Shown piece after piece: positions 17,890 through 27,750 of a stretch of DNA of 64,000 nucleotides. Both the position numbers and the translations under genes were made by a program. This stretch comes from Minisyncoccota bacterium (GTDB lineage Bacteria; Patescibacteriota; Minisyncoccia; Phycocordibacterales; UBA918). The notes below the pieces were generated by a model, which made no database searches, was not told where the DNA came from, and saw only the letters and a program-made list of their open reading frames with translations. The stretch is taken from positions 36,846 through 100,845 of the forward strand of contig JALHRC010000002.1 of the NCBI GenBank assembly GCA_022841645.1, in the 5' to 3' direction. Every line of letters begins with the position of its first letter. The stretch's first letter is position 1.

Positions 17890-20400
17890 ATGGCTGAACG
17901 TCCATCACGCAAATCTGCGCCGCTAGAAACTGTGTCACCCTCACCTTTAGTGACGGGGAAGACTTCCTCACCGGCTCGCAAAAAGGCTGTGCCTCGTTCC
18001 CACAAAGCAGCTCCACCGGCGAAGAAGATTACTCGTGCAAAGCGTCCCGTGAGTAACACGAAGGCTAAGGCACCCAACACTGATGCACAAAAGCGAGCTA
18101 AAATCGCTGAACGAATTGTCGAGCAGATGTTTAGTGGCGGCCCAGTGAATGTTTCCAAGGGCGAAGCCAGAGTAGTACCACCAAAGGAAGAAGCGGCGAT
18201 TGTCACGGTCCCAAGCAACTGGAGTGTTCGTGTACTCGATAAGGCAGCGGCGCTTGAGCAGTGGTACCAGGAACGCTTTCCGCGTTACGCTGCCAAGACG
18301 GCTACCTACGCTGGCCTATTTTTCGTACTAGTAAGCTCGGGCGTCCTAGCTGTCCATGCCGTGCAGGCCTACCCTAGTTGGCAGTCACTGCAATCGGCAG
18401 TTTTGTGTGGCACCCTCAGTTGCGACGAAGTCACTACCGGCAGTCGTGACGGCACTACTACCGCCACCACACCAGTTTCTGCCGATGTAAGCGCTACTAA
18501 GACCGACTCACTACGGAGCCCCGCAGCGAACACCCTCGTGCCACCACCGGTGGTGACATTTCTTACTAATCCCACCTCACCACTCCTTACTGAAACCACG
18601 TTTGTTGTGCGGGCTGAGTATGTCAAGGAATTATCTGTTGTCGCCGAGTCGCGGCGCACCGGCAGTCGCGTTGTTCTACAGCTCGCTGGCGACCCCGCTG
18701 GTTCTGACCACACCTTCATTTTAAATCCCAAGGAACTCTCGCCTGACGAATACGAACTGCGGGCTCGTGGTGTGGCGCAGCGCGACGGGGGGAGACTCCT
18801 AGCTACGGGCGGCCGCTTTGTTATCTCTGCCCGCACCACCGCTGCGTCGGAGAGCGCTACCGAAGCGCCTTCCGACTCTGAGACTGCTGAGGATGAAGAG
18901 GAGAGCGCAGACGAAGAAGAGACAGCAGAAGTTGTCGAAGAAGCGCCCACCTCACCAGCTGCTGAATTTGGCGTACTCTCACTTTCACCGCAGAATGTTG
19001 GTGATGTTGTGACACTTTCACTGCTTTCTCCGAGCACACAGTTTGTTGAGGTCTATGCCCAGCGCCGCAACGCCACCACCCCAACTTTTATTGGTCTGGC
19101 TGAGCGCCGCGAGGACCATCTGTGGCGACTGGCCTTCAAACCCAGCACACAGCCAGCCGGCGAATACGTATTTTTTGCGCGCTACAAGAACACTCGTGGT
19201 CTCCAGGAAAGCAATCGCGTTCCTTACACTGTTCGAGTGAGCGAAGATGCTGCGAGGACTTTAAGTGAGCGTTCCAGTAGTACCGTAGCCACCGTGGCGA
19301 CGAGAGAGGTGATCAACGAGCTGCAGAGGGAAGCCGTACCACTCCCTTCACGGAGCGCCTATTCAGAAGAACTGGAAGTGGCTACTGGCAGCTCAACACC
19401 AACCACTGCTTCCGATGCACCACTGAGTGAACTCTTAAAGGATGATCGGTCAGAACTCGACACACTTTTGCAGCGCTATGCCAGCGCCTTCCAGAGTGGT
19501 GACCCGGTCTTGGGTGAGGTAGCACGCAAGGACTTAGCAACCTTTAAAGAACGAATGGTCCAGCGAGCAGTCGAGAGAAACGACAGCGACGAACACTCAT
19601 CAGCCGACACCGTGGCTGTGGCCATCGAGGGGGAGCTCAAGCGATTGACTGAGAAAGTTGAAACGTTTGAAACACTCTTGCGTGAGCGCAGCAGCGAACA
19701 GGCACGCACCGACACCGATGGTGACGGCATTACCGACTACGATGAAGAAACCCTCTACGGCACCGACCCGCAAAACGCCGACACTGACGGCGACGGCATA
19801 AACGACGGCATTGAAATCATGAGGGGTTATGACCCCCACAGCGCCGCCGCCGAAGCAGTCATGACCTACGAGTCTCCGCGCGATCTTGGCTTTGAGCGTG
19901 CGGACGTTTTGGCTATAGATACTGTTGTTCCCGTGGTTGAAACTGACATTTCTCGTGGTACACCACCAGTGCAAGCAGAGATCCGGGGCCGCGCTCTACC
20001 GAGCAGCTTTGTCACGCTCTTCATCTACAGTACGCCGGTTGTAGTCACCATTCGCACTGAAGCTGACGGAAGCTTCGTCTATCAATTTGATAAGGAACTC
20101 GAAGATGGTTCGCACGAAGTGTATGTCGCAGTCACCGACAACCAAGGTGCCATCATGGCCAAGAGTGCTCCCTTCCGCTTCATAAAGGAGGCCTCAGCCT
20201 TTACCGTAGCCGATGAGGAAGCCAGCGAAGCCCCAGCGGCCACAGCCCCCGCCGGCGAGCCGATCGTTGTCCGCGAAGTCTACAATGTGATTGCCGCCCT
20301 CGGCGTGCTGGCGTTTGGCCTCATCTTACTGATCTTTGGTATGATGCTGCGCCGTACACCACCGACCGTGCCCGAAACTGGTCCCGCCGCTACGCACTAG
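17890..20400 (+). CDS. Hypothetical bitopic membrane protein with a Lys/Ala/Pro-rich basic N-terminus, acidic low-complexity stretches, thrombospondin-type-3-like DxDxDG calcium-binding repeats and a C-terminal TM
   Basis: Basic N-terminus (SPARKKAVPRSHKAAPPAKKITRAKRP...). TM near residue 145. The acidic stretch EDEEESADEEETAEVVEE. TDTDGDGITDYDEETLYGTDPQNADTDGDGINDG. C-terminal TM VIAALGVLAFGLILLIFGMML. Confidence 0.65.
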   Translation: MAERPSRKSAPLETVSPSPLVTGKTSSPARKKAVPRSHKAAPPAKKITRAKRPVSNTKAKAPNTDAQKRAKIAERIVEQMFSGGPVNVSKGEARVVPPKEEAAIVTVPSNWSVRVLDKAAALEQWYQERFPRYAAKTATYAGLFFVLVSSGVLAVHAVQAYPSWQSLQSAVLCGTLSCDEVTTGSRDGTTTATTPVSADVSATKTDSLRSPAANTLVPPPVVTFLTNPTSPLLTETTFVVRAEYVKELSVVAESRRTGSRVVLQLAGDPAGSDHTFILNPKELSPDEYELRARGVAQRDGGRLLATGGRFVISARTTAASESATEAPSDSETAEDEEESADEEETAEVVEEAPTSPAAEFGVLSLSPQNVGDVVTLSLLSPSTQFVEVYAQRRNATTPTFIGLAERREDHLWRLAFKPSTQPAGEYVFFARYKNTRGLQESNRVPYTVRVSEDAARTLSERSSSTVATVATREVINELQREAVPLPSRSAYSEELEVATGSSTPTTASDAPLSELLKDDRSELDTLLQRYASAFQSGDPVLGEVARKDLATFKERMVQRAVERNDSDEHSSADTVAVAIEGELKRLTEKVETFETLLRERSSEQARTDTDGDGITDYDEETLYGTDPQNADTDGDGINDGIEIMRGYDPHSAAAEAVMTYESPRDLGFERADVLAIDTVVPVVETDISRGTPPVQAEIRGRALPSSFVTLFIYSTPVVVTIRTEADGSFVYQFDKELEDGSHEVYVAVTDNQGAIMAKSAPFRFIKEASAFTVADEEASEAPAATAPAGEPIVVREVYNVIAALGVLAFGLILLIFGMMLRRTPPTVPETGPAATH

Positions 20401-20404
20401 CCGT

Positions 20405-21763
20405 ATGCTCTCGCGCCTTTTTTTGTTGCTGCGCCAGGGGCTCGGTGCTATCTACCAGCACGGCGAATTGTGGCTCGTCGTGATTCTCGCCGTTGTAATT
20501 CCTTTTGGTTTACTTTTTGTGGTTTACCGCACCACGACTGTAGCCGACTCAGCCCTCGAGCAGGTCGAAATCGAGCGCCTAGATGCCATCCATGAGGCAA
20601 TTGAAAATCGTCTCCGCACCGGGGTGACGGGTAGTGTGCCACTTTCTGTTGAGTTACATGCCCTCGCTTCCACCTCGCCTGATTTGCGCACCCTCGCCGT
20701 CGCTACCGAGGCCTCGGTCGACACTTTGTTACTCGTCGCTGCCACGGGCCAATTGTCATCTTCAGTAGGGACAGTAGTTACCTCCGTCAGTGAACGCTAC
20801 CGCACCGCGCTCACGCTTCCCGGGGAAATTTTCGTGCACAAACTGAGGGTAGGGGAGGAGCGCGTATGGCTTACCTATAGTGCAGTAACCAGTCCCGCTG
20901 GCACCACGTACTATATTCACTCCGAACTCTCGCGTGCTCGCTTTGACGCTGCCTTAGAGGCCGAGCGGACACCCATCTATGCCCTTTCCGGTGTGCACGC
21001 TGGCTTCATTCTCCTCTGTGCCTACCTGGTGGCAGCTGGGCTTGCCTCACGCGGTCGCCTCAAGGAGGCGACCGCCCGTCTACGCGAGGAGTCGCTTTTA
21101 ACCAGTCTCGTCGTCCATGAACTGCGCGCACCACTTACTGGTATCAGGGGTTACGCGAGTATGATTGAGGAAAACAGTGTGTTGCCCGCTCTCGTACGCA
21201 CGCAGGCGACCAATATAAAACAGTCTTCAGTACGTTTGGTCTCGCTCGTCAGTGATTTCCTCGAGGCCGCCCGACTACGCGCCGAAATTGCTCCTCCCAT
21301 ACTGGCTCCTACCGACCTTCATAGTGTCGTGAAGCGAGTAGTAGCGGAACTAGCACCAGTGGCTGAGGAGAAGCACCTCACTCTTTTTGTGGCCGCCACT
21401 GAGCCCCTTCCTTTAGTGATGGGAAACGAAAAGCACCTCACACAAATCGTCACGAATCTCGTAGGTAACGCTATTAAGTACACCAGAGAGGGGCGCATTG
21501 AGGTTGCCCTCGTAGACGACTCCTTCTCCCTCGAGCTACGCATCAAAGACACGGGGCTTGGTATGTCAGCGGCCGATCAGGCTCGTCTCTTTGCACCGTT
21601 TTCGCGCGTCGGCGATGCCGCTACCCAGAGCATCACCGGCACGGGCCTCGGCATGTGGATTACAAAACTTATGGTGGAGCAGCTCGGTGGCACTATCGGA
21701 GTAGAATCCATTAAGGGTATCGGCACACATGTGGTGGTGCGGTTTAAGAAAGCTCAAAAATAG
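20405..21763 (+). CDS. Sensor histidine kinase (two TM helices flanking an extracytoplasmic sensor domain; HisKA and HATPase_c)
   Basis: H-box HELRAPLTGIRGYASMI. N-box LVGNAIKYT. G-boxes IKDTGLGM and GTGLGMWITKLMVEQLGGTIGVES. No response regulator is adjacent. Confidence 0.85.
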   Translation: MLSRLFLLLRQGLGAIYQHGELWLVVILAVVIPFGLLFVVYRTTTVADSALEQVEIERLDAIHEAIENRLRTGVTGSVPLSVELHALASTSPDLRTLAVATEASVDTLLLVAATGQLSSSVGTVVTSVSERYRTALTLPGEIFVHKLRVGEERVWLTYSAVTSPAGTTYYIHSELSRARFDAALEAERTPIYALSGVHAGFILLCAYLVAAGLASRGRLKEATARLREESLLTSLVVHELRAPLTGIRGYASMIEENSVLPALVRTQATNIKQSSVRLVSLVSDFLEAARLRAEIAPPILAPTDLHSVVKRVVAELAPVAEEKHLTLFVAATEPLPLVMGNEKHLTQIVTNLVGNAIKYTREGRIEVALVDDSFSLELRIKDTGLGMSAADQARLFAPFSRVGDAATQSITGTGLGMWITKLMVEQLGGTIGVESIKGIGTHVVVRFKKAQK

Positions 21764-21790
21764 GCTATACTACGCCGATTTCATCATATT

Positions 21791-24445
21791 ATGGCCAGCG
21801 GACCAGCAAAAAAGCGCTCCACGACCTCGTGGGAGATGAGTGAAAGGCGTGCCAAAGACGCCAAGATTATTGTTCGTGGCGCCCGCACCCACAACCTAAA
21901 GAACATTACCGTCGAGATGCCACGGGGCGCGATGATCGCTGTCACCGGCCCTTCAGGCTCAGGGAAATCATCGCTCGCCTTTGATACCATCTTTGCCGAA
22001 GGGCAGCGTCGCTACGTCGAATCACTTTCGCCCTACGCGCGCCAGTTTCTCAACAAAATGCAAAAGCCCGATGTCGACGAAATCGCCGGCCTCTCACCTG
22101 CCATCTCGATTGATCAAAAGTCAGCTTCACGCAATCCCCGTTCAACCGTCGCAACCATCACTGAAATTTACGACTACTTGCGCATCCTCTACGCGCGCGT
22201 CGGCCAGCCGTACTGTCTCGATGTTGATGTGCCAATCCAAAAGCTTTCCCAAGACGAAATCTTGGGGATGATTTTGAAGTCGATCGAAGAACGTGAGGTC
22301 GAGAACGCCAAGAAGGATGCCCAGAAAGTGATGGGGATCGAACTCTCGAAAGGACGCGTAGCTATCTTTGCGCCCATGGTCGTCGGTCGCAAGGGTGAAT
22401 ACTACCAACTCCTTTACGACCTACTGGGAAAGGGCTATGAGACAGTAAAGATCGACGGGGAAATCAAACGTCTGCGTGAAAAAATTGAGCTCTCCCGCAC
22501 CAAGCGGCATGATATTGATGTGCTCATCGATGATATTTATGTGAGTGAATTTCGGGATGACCCCAAAGGATCGCGCGAACGGCTTTCAGAGGCCATTGAA
22601 CTGGCGTTGCGCGAAGCGAACGGCTTGGTGAAGGTACAAAGTCCCGATGGAAGCGAGCGGACACTTTCAGCCAAGTTTATTTGTCCGGTGGACGGCTCAT
22701 CATTTCCCGAAGTTGAGCCACGGCTTTTTTCATTCAATTCACCCTACGGTGCTTGTCCTGAATGTAACGGCCTTGGCATGATTGGCATCTTTCAAAGTGA
22801 TGTCTGTCCGTCGTGTAAAGGGGCCCGTCTGCGCCCTGAGGCTATGCGCGTCTACCTCGGAGGTGACGGCAAGAGTAATCTTGGCGTCAACATCGTTGGC
22901 TTCACTGCTATGACCGTGAAGGAGGCCACGACGTTTATCGCTGGGCTTAAACTCAGTAAAAAACAGCAGGACATCGCGTGGCCAGCCTTGCGTGAAATTA
23001 TTGAACGCCTCGAGTTTATGAATAATGTGGGCATCGAGTATCTCACCCTCGACCGCCGTGCCAACACCCTTTCGGGTGGTGAAGCACAGCGCATTCGCCT
23101 CGCCTCACAGCTTGGCTCCGGCCTCGTAGGGGCGCTCTATGTGCTCGACGAGCCAACCATCGGCCTCCACCAACGAGACAACGACCGTCTTATCAAGACG
23201 CTCGAGGAGCTGCGTGACCTTGGTAACACCATCATTGTAGTAGAACACGATGAAGACACTATTTTTGCTGCTGATTATCTTATCGACATCGGCCCGGGGG
23301 CTGGAGTTCATGGTGGGGAAGTGGTAGTGGCCGGTTTTTTAAAACCGCTGCTTGACGCTCCCAAGAACACCTCTGGTTCATCAACGTTGGCCTACCTGCG
23401 CGGCGAGAAGCGTATCGAGATCCCTGAACGCCGCACCGCCGAGCGAGGTAGCCTCAAAATCCGTGGTGGCAAAGCCAATAATATTAAAAATCTCAATGTT
23501 GATATTCCGCTCGGGCGCCTCATCTGCGTCACCGGTGTCTCAGGTTCAGGCAAGTCGACCTTCATGTATGACATTGTTGACCGCAATTTAAAGTCTCGCC
23601 TCGAAAAGCGCTACCGTACACCGCATACGTACAATTGCGCGAGCTTCTCGGGTACCGAGTATGTTAACCGTTCAATACTGATTGATCAGTCGCCCATTGG
23701 CCGCACACCACGTAGCAATCCGGCTACCTACACGGGAGCGTTTTCTCACATTCGTGACCTCTTTGCCGCCTCAGGTGAAGCGCGCGCTCGCGGATGGAAG
23801 CCTGGACGCTTTAGCTTCAACGTAAAAGGTGGCCGCTGCGAGGCTTGCCAGGGAAATGGCGAAATTGCCGTCGAAATGCACTTCCTCCCGACCGTGTATG
23901 TCACCTGTGACGTGTGTGACGGCAAGCGCTTTACCAAGGAGACGCTCGAAGTCACCTACAAAAAGAAAAACATCGATCAAATACTCCATATGACCATCGA
24001 GGAGGCGCACCAGTTCTTTGCCGACGTGCCCTCGATCGAAGAACGCCTCAAGACGCTGCTTGATGTAGGCTTGGGCTACCTAGAGCTCGGACAAAGCGCC
24101 ACCACGCTCTCGGGTGGCGAGGCACAACGAGTAAAAATTGCTTCAGAACTCTATAAGCCACACACGCAGAAAACCATTTACCTCCTCGATGAGCCCACCA
24201 TTGGTCTTCACTATGATGACGTAAAAAAGCTGATTGAAATTCTTCAGCAGCTTGTAAGTAAGGGCAACACTGTGATGGTGATCGAGCACAACCTTGATCT
24301 CATTAAGTGTGCTGACTACATTATCGATATCGGGCCCGAAGGTGGCGTGGGTGGCGGAGACGTGGTGGCCAAGGGAACTCCCGAAGAAGTGGCTGAAAGC
24401 AAAAAATCCCACACTGGGAAGTATCTGGCGAAAGTACTTCGCTAA
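21791..24445 (+). CDS. uvrA: Excinuclease ABC subunit A
   Basis: Two ABC ATPase modules ([15 protein letters not shown]; [15 protein letters not shown]). ABC signatures [12 protein letters not shown] and [12 protein letters not shown]. Zinc-finger cysteines CPECNG, CPSCKG, CEACQG. Confidence 0.9.
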   Translation: MASGPAKKRSTTSWEMSERRAKDAKIIVRGARTHNLKNITVEMPRGAMIAVTGPSGSGKSSLAFDTIFAEGQRRYVESLSPYARQFLNKMQKPDVDEIAGLSPAISIDQKSASRNPRSTVATITEIYDYLRILYARVGQPYCLDVDVPIQKLSQDEILGMILKSIEEREVENAKKDAQKVMGIELSKGRVAIFAPMVVGRKGEYYQLLYDLLGKGYETVKIDGEIKRLREKIELSRTKRHDIDVLIDDIYVSEFRDDPKGSRERLSEAIELALREANGLVKVQSPDGSERTLSAKFICPVDGSSFPEVEPRLFSFNSPYGACPECNGLGMIGIFQSDVCPSCKGARLRPEAMRVYLGGDGKSNLGVNIVGFTAMTVKEATTFIAGLKLSKKQQDIAWPALREIIERLEFMNNVGIEYLTLDRRANTLSGGEAQRIRLASQLGSGLVGALYVLDEPTIGLHQRDNDRLIKTLEELRDLGNTIIVVEHDEDTIFAADYLIDIGPGAGVHGGEVVVAGFLKPLLDAPKNTSGSSTLAYLRGEKRIEIPERRTAERGSLKIRGGKANNIKNLNVDIPLGRLICVTGVSGSGKSTFMYDIVDRNLKSRLEKRYRTPHTYNCASFSGTEYVNRSILIDQSPIGRTPRSNPATYTGAFSHIRDLFAASGEARARGWKPGRFSFNVKGGRCEACQGNGEIAVEMHFLPTVYVTCDVCDGKRFTKETLEVTYKKKNIDQILHMTIEEAHQFFADVPSIEERLKTLLDVGLGYLELGQSATTLSGGEAQRVKIASELYKPHTQKTIYLLDEPTIGLHYDDVKKLIEILQQLVSKGNTVMVIEHNLDLIKCADYIIDIGPEGGVGGGDVVAKGTPEEVAESKKSHTGKYLAKVLR

Positions 24446-24563
24446 ATCACCAAGGGCGCGCAAGCCTTCGCCAGCGCGCCCACCCGATTACTTAAACCAC
24501 AGCTGCCACATATATAGGGCAAGGCTCGTAAAGCCAATCACGAGCAAGATAAGAAGTACCATC

Positions 24564-24752
24564 TCACTCCCCATTGTACCCCCCGGTCCGTTGGTGTGGA
24601 CCTGCGCGCAAAAACTCATCGATCTCACTGGACTTCAGTGGGATGATTTGCCCCGGCGCCCACCCAGACCCATCGTCGACATGAGTGTCCAGGACGAAGA
24701 AGAGTACGGGGATGGTTAGTACACCCAGAACATAGCCGATAATAAAACTCAT
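24564..24752 (-). CDS. Small hypothetical membrane protein (62 aa)
   Basis: Internal ATG of the listed 114-aa minus-strand ORF. Strong SD (GGAGGGAG) 5 nt upstream of this ATG on the minus strand. One TM (FIIGYVLGVLTIPVLFFVL). Lies in the uvrA-uvrC gap. Confidence 0.4.
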   Translation of the reverse strand: MSFIIGYVLGVLTIPVLFFVLDTHVDDGSGWAPGQIIPLKSSEIDEFLRAGPHQRTGGYNGE

Positions 24753-24827
24753 CGCTCCCTCCGTTTTGCTTGTGCTTTCTATTGGTACTTGCCATAACCA
24801 CAATACAACGCTAGTATATTTTGTCAA

Positions 24828-26075
24828 ATGACTTTTGCGGAATTCAAAGAACAGTGTAAGGACCTCCCAAACGCCCCCGGGGTGTACTTTTTTTATGGTC
24901 CTCGCCATCGCCTCCTCTACATTGGCAAGGCCACTTCACTTAAGAGCCGTACCCGCAGCTACTTCGCTCCCGACCTAAAAGAAAAGCGTAGCGAGCTAAT
25001 CGAAAACATGGTGGCCGAGGCGGTGTCACTAGAGTGGACAGCCACCGACAGTGTACTCGAGGCGCTCATCCTCGAGACTAACCTCATTCGCAGCCACAAG
25101 CCGCGCTACAATACTCGCAGCAAGGACGACAAAAGCTACAACCACTTGGTTATCACGAAGGAGGAGTGGCCTCGAGTCTTGGTCGTCCGCGGCAAGGACC
25201 TACACGAACGCTTTGCCCCAAATGAGATCAGTTATCACTTCGGTCCGTTCCCCAGCGGCGCCTTGTTTCGTGAGGCGCTCAAGATTGTGCGCAAACTCTT
25301 CCAGTTTTACGACACTGAACGCCCGATCGGCAGCGAGACGAGCAAGCTCGCTCGCGGCAAAATCGATTTCAATCGCCAGATCGGCCTCTACCCGCAAGCC
25401 CACGAACGCCAAGAGTACCTACACACCATTCGCCACATCAAGCTCTTCTTCCAGGGCAAGAAGGGGCAGCTTATTAAAGAGCTCGAGGTCACGATGAAAG
25501 CACTCGCCAAGGCTGAACGCTTTGAAGAGGCCCACATCATCAAAAAGCGCATCTTTGCCCTCCAGCATATCCAGGACGTCTCCCTCATCAAGAATGACAC
25601 TGAGCGCTTTATAAGCCCGCACACGGTGCGTATCGAAGCCTACGACGTTGCCCATTTAGGTGGCAGCAACATGGTGGGAGTGATGACCGTGTTCGAAGAT
25701 GGCCAGCCCAAGAAGTCAGATTACCGTAAGTTCACCATCCGCTCCCTTAAGGATGCCAACGACCCAGCCGCCCTTCATGAAGTCCTCAGTCGCCGCCTTA
25801 CGCACCCCGAGTGGCCGTTTCCAACGCTTATTGTAGTCGACGGTGGAGTCGCACAGCGTAATGTCGCCGAAGCACTTATACGTACCCTGGGATTGTCTAT
25901 TCCTGTAGTAGCAGTAGTGAAAGACGATCGTCACAAACCAAAGGATATTCTTGGCGACAGTGCCTTTGTAAAGACCCACAAACTCGAAATTCTCCACGCC
26001 AATGCCGAAGCACACCGCTTCTCGCTCGCTTTTCACCGCGACCGTCGTACCCAGAACTTGCGTAACGCACGCTAA
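24828..26075 (+). CDS. uvrC: Excinuclease ABC subunit C, short form (GIY-YIG, UvrBC-interaction and RNase H-like endonuclease domains; C-terminal HhH tandem absent)
   Basis: GIY-YIG motifs GVYFFYG...LLYIGKA. UvrB-interaction-like helix KELEVTMKALAKAERFEEAHIIKKRIFALQ. The protein ends at HRFSLAFHRDRRTQNLRNAR with no helix-hairpin-helix segment. 415 aa against the usual ~600. Confidence 0.75.
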   Translation: MTFAEFKEQCKDLPNAPGVYFFYGPRHRLLYIGKATSLKSRTRSYFAPDLKEKRSELIENMVAEAVSLEWTATDSVLEALILETNLIRSHKPRYNTRSKDDKSYNHLVITKEEWPRVLVVRGKDLHERFAPNEISYHFGPFPSGALFREALKIVRKLFQFYDTERPIGSETSKLARGKIDFNRQIGLYPQAHERQEYLHTIRHIKLFFQGKKGQLIKELEVTMKALAKAERFEEAHIIKKRIFALQHIQDVSLIKNDTERFISPHTVRIEAYDVAHLGGSNMVGVMTVFEDGQPKKSDYRKFTIRSLKDANDPAALHEVLSRRLTHPEWPFPTLIVVDGGVAQRNVAEALIRTLGLSIPVVAVVKDDRHKPKDILGDSAFVKTHKLEILHANAEAHRFSLAFHRDRRTQNLRNAR

Positions 26076-26100
26076 GGAGTGAGTGTTATAATGAGGGTAT

Positions 26101-27069
26101 ATGAGTCACAAACGTGTCGCTGTTGTCCGTGGTGGCCCTAGTGCTGAGTACGATGTTTCGCTGCGCACCGGGGCAGGTGTACTCGCCACCCTGCGTAATC
26201 TTGGCTATCCCGCCAAAGACATCATTATCACCAGGGAAGGCGAGTGGCTTGAACAAGGCTTTGTGCGCCGGCCCGAACAAGCGCTCGAAGCGGTGGACGT
26301 AGTATTCATTGCACTGCACGGCGCGTACGGCGAGGATGGCACTATTCAAAAACTGTTTGAGCGTCACCGCATTCCCTTTACCGGCAGTCGCTCGTTTCCC
26401 TCAGCCATTGCCTTCAACAAAATCCTCGCTAAGGAGGCACTCAAAGCCCACGGCATCCGCATGGCCAAACATCGCCATTTGCGCAAAGAAAAATTTTACA
26501 GCGCCGATATGGAAGCCAAGCAGATTATTGACGCCTTTGGCCCCCAGTACATTGTAAAGCCAGTGGCCAGTGGCTCTTCCGTCGGCACCATGTTTGTGCG
26601 CGATACCGCTCTGTTGCCGCAAGCCATTCGTGATGCCTTCACGCAGTCCGATGAAGTGATGGTCGAGGAGTTCATTCGCGGCCGCGAAGCCACCTGCGGT
26701 GTGCTCTCCGACTACCGGGGACAGCCAGTCTACGCGCTGCCGGTGATCGAGATCGTTCCACCTGCTGATGCGGTGTTTTTCCGGGCTGACGTCAAGTACA
26801 ACGGAGCTACCGAGGAGATTTGCCCCGGCCGTTTTAGCTACCACGAAAAGGCGCAGATCGAAGAAATTGCTCGCTTTGTGCACGACGAGCTCGGTCTCGC
26901 CCAGTACTCGCGCAGCGACTTTATTATCCGCGATGGCAAGCCCTATTTCCTTGAGGTAAACACGCTGCCTGGCCTCACTGCCGAATCCCTCTTCCCAAAG
27001 GCCATGCAGGCTGTGGGGGCCAGTTTAGACGAGCTGGTGGTGCACTTGGTGGAGACAGCTACGTGCTAG
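26101..27069 (+). CDS. ddl: D-alanine--D-alanine ligase
   Basis: N-terminal RVAVVRGGPSAEYDVSL and IALHGAYGEDGTIQKLFE. ATP-grasp C-terminal half (EVNTLPGLT). Confidence 0.9.
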   Translation: MSHKRVAVVRGGPSAEYDVSLRTGAGVLATLRNLGYPAKDIIITREGEWLEQGFVRRPEQALEAVDVVFIALHGAYGEDGTIQKLFERHRIPFTGSRSFPSAIAFNKILAKEALKAHGIRMAKHRHLRKEKFYSADMEAKQIIDAFGPQYIVKPVASGSSVGTMFVRDTALLPQAIRDAFTQSDEVMVEEFIRGREATCGVLSDYRGQPVYALPVIEIVPPADAVFFRADVKYNGATEEICPGRFSYHEKAQIEEIARFVHDELGLAQYSRSDFIIRDGKPYFLEVNTLPGLTAESLFPKAMQAVGASLDELVVHLVETATC

Positions 27070-27167
27070 TAGTGGCATTTGAGTTCGAGTCCCAGACGGC
27101 CAGCATTGACACAATGTATATTATATGGTAATTGTACGTTACCTGCAATCAGGAAGAGAGATCTTTC

Positions 27168-27476
27168 ATGTCCGACAGCCACTTCGTCCTCCTCGAGGCT
27201 GACACCATGCTGGAGAGGCTCGCGGGGGTCTATGACACAGATCATCTCCGCACGAATTTCTACCCGGAATTCACCAAGCATGCTGGTACACAAGCAACGC
27301 CGACGTCGGTCGTGCGAATGATCGAGCTTGCGCTCGGGAATTTCCTCAGAGGTCAGACGCCTGGAGAAAAGCTTTTCTGGCACCAATCGAGCTTTGTCAA
27401 TGGTTGGATTGTTGCGCTCGTTCCCGACGAGACGCTCGCTGCTGAGACCAAGAAGCTCTGGGCAGAGACGCCGTAG
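27168..27476 (+). CDS. Hypothetical protein
   Basis: ORF track start is TTG 27132. The first ATG is 27168 (MSDSHFVLL...). No recognisable domain. Confidence 0.35.
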   Translation: MSDSHFVLLEADTMLERLAGVYDTDHLRTNFYPEFTKHAGTQATPTSVVRMIELALGNFLRGQTPGEKLFWHQSSFVNGWIVALVPDETLAAETKKLWAETP

Positions 27477-27493
27477 GCGAACAGATGTTCTCT

Positions 27494-27521
27494 GAGCCCG
27501 ATCGCGCGTGCGGTCGGGCTC
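27494..27521 (+). terminator. Hairpin GAGCCCGA-(12 nt)-TCGGGCTC after the preceding ORF; possible terminator
   Basis: 8-bp perfect stem read from the sequence, followed by the moderately T-rich aaactatttgtat. Confidence 0.3.
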
Positions 27522-27604
27522 AAACTATTTGTATATTCAAAAAAGTTCGAACATCGTCCCATACAGCCAGCGGTTACTAAATTCACTACGCTCATAGGTA
27601 CTGC

Positions 27605-27705
27605 TGGACGCGGCTCGTGGTTACTCGCGCCAGGAACGCGCTCGTAACAACACTCCGCCGGTTCGAATCCTCACGCACAGTGCACTGGCACTGTGCTTCG
27701 GGTCC
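27605..27705 (+). pseudogene. tRNA-like remnant. Its acceptor-like 5' end GGACGCG, the 13-nt T-arm match GGTTCGAATCCTC and TCGGGTCCA are identical to the tRNA-Ala(TGC) 3' end, and a 25-nt hairpin insertion splits them
   Basis: 27657-27669 matches the T-arm of the adjacent tRNA-Ala exactly, and 27697-27705 matches its acceptor 3' end. The D-arm and T-stem cannot pair (2 of 5 bp). The intervening GCACAGTGC-ACTG-GCACTGTGC is a perfect 9-bp hairpin. I judge it non-functional. Confidence 0.3.
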
Positions 27706-27710
27706 ACGAA

Positions 27711-27744
27711 CAAAAAACGCACCCTTGTGGGGTGCTGCTTTTTG
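27711..27744. terminator. Bidirectional rho-independent terminator (AAAAAAC GCACCC ttgt GGGTGC TGCTTTTTGT)
   Basis: GC-rich 6-7 bp stem with an A-run on one side and a T-run on the other. Sits immediately 3' of the minus-strand tRNA-Ala(TGC). Confidence 0.55.
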
Positions 27745-27750
27745 TACTCG

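Noticed and set aside
18369-19037. 222-aa minus-strand ORF inside the 836-aa membrane-protein gene
   Set aside because: Antisense to the acidic low-complexity coding region. The Ser-rich translation is a compositional mirror image.
27605-27705. A possible functional + strand tRNA at 27605-27705
   Set aside because: The T-stem (GCCGG/CCTCA) and D-stem cannot pair, and an acceptor mismatch is present. Only the T-loop and 3' end resemble the neighbouring tRNA-Ala. Kept as a remnant or pseudogene only.
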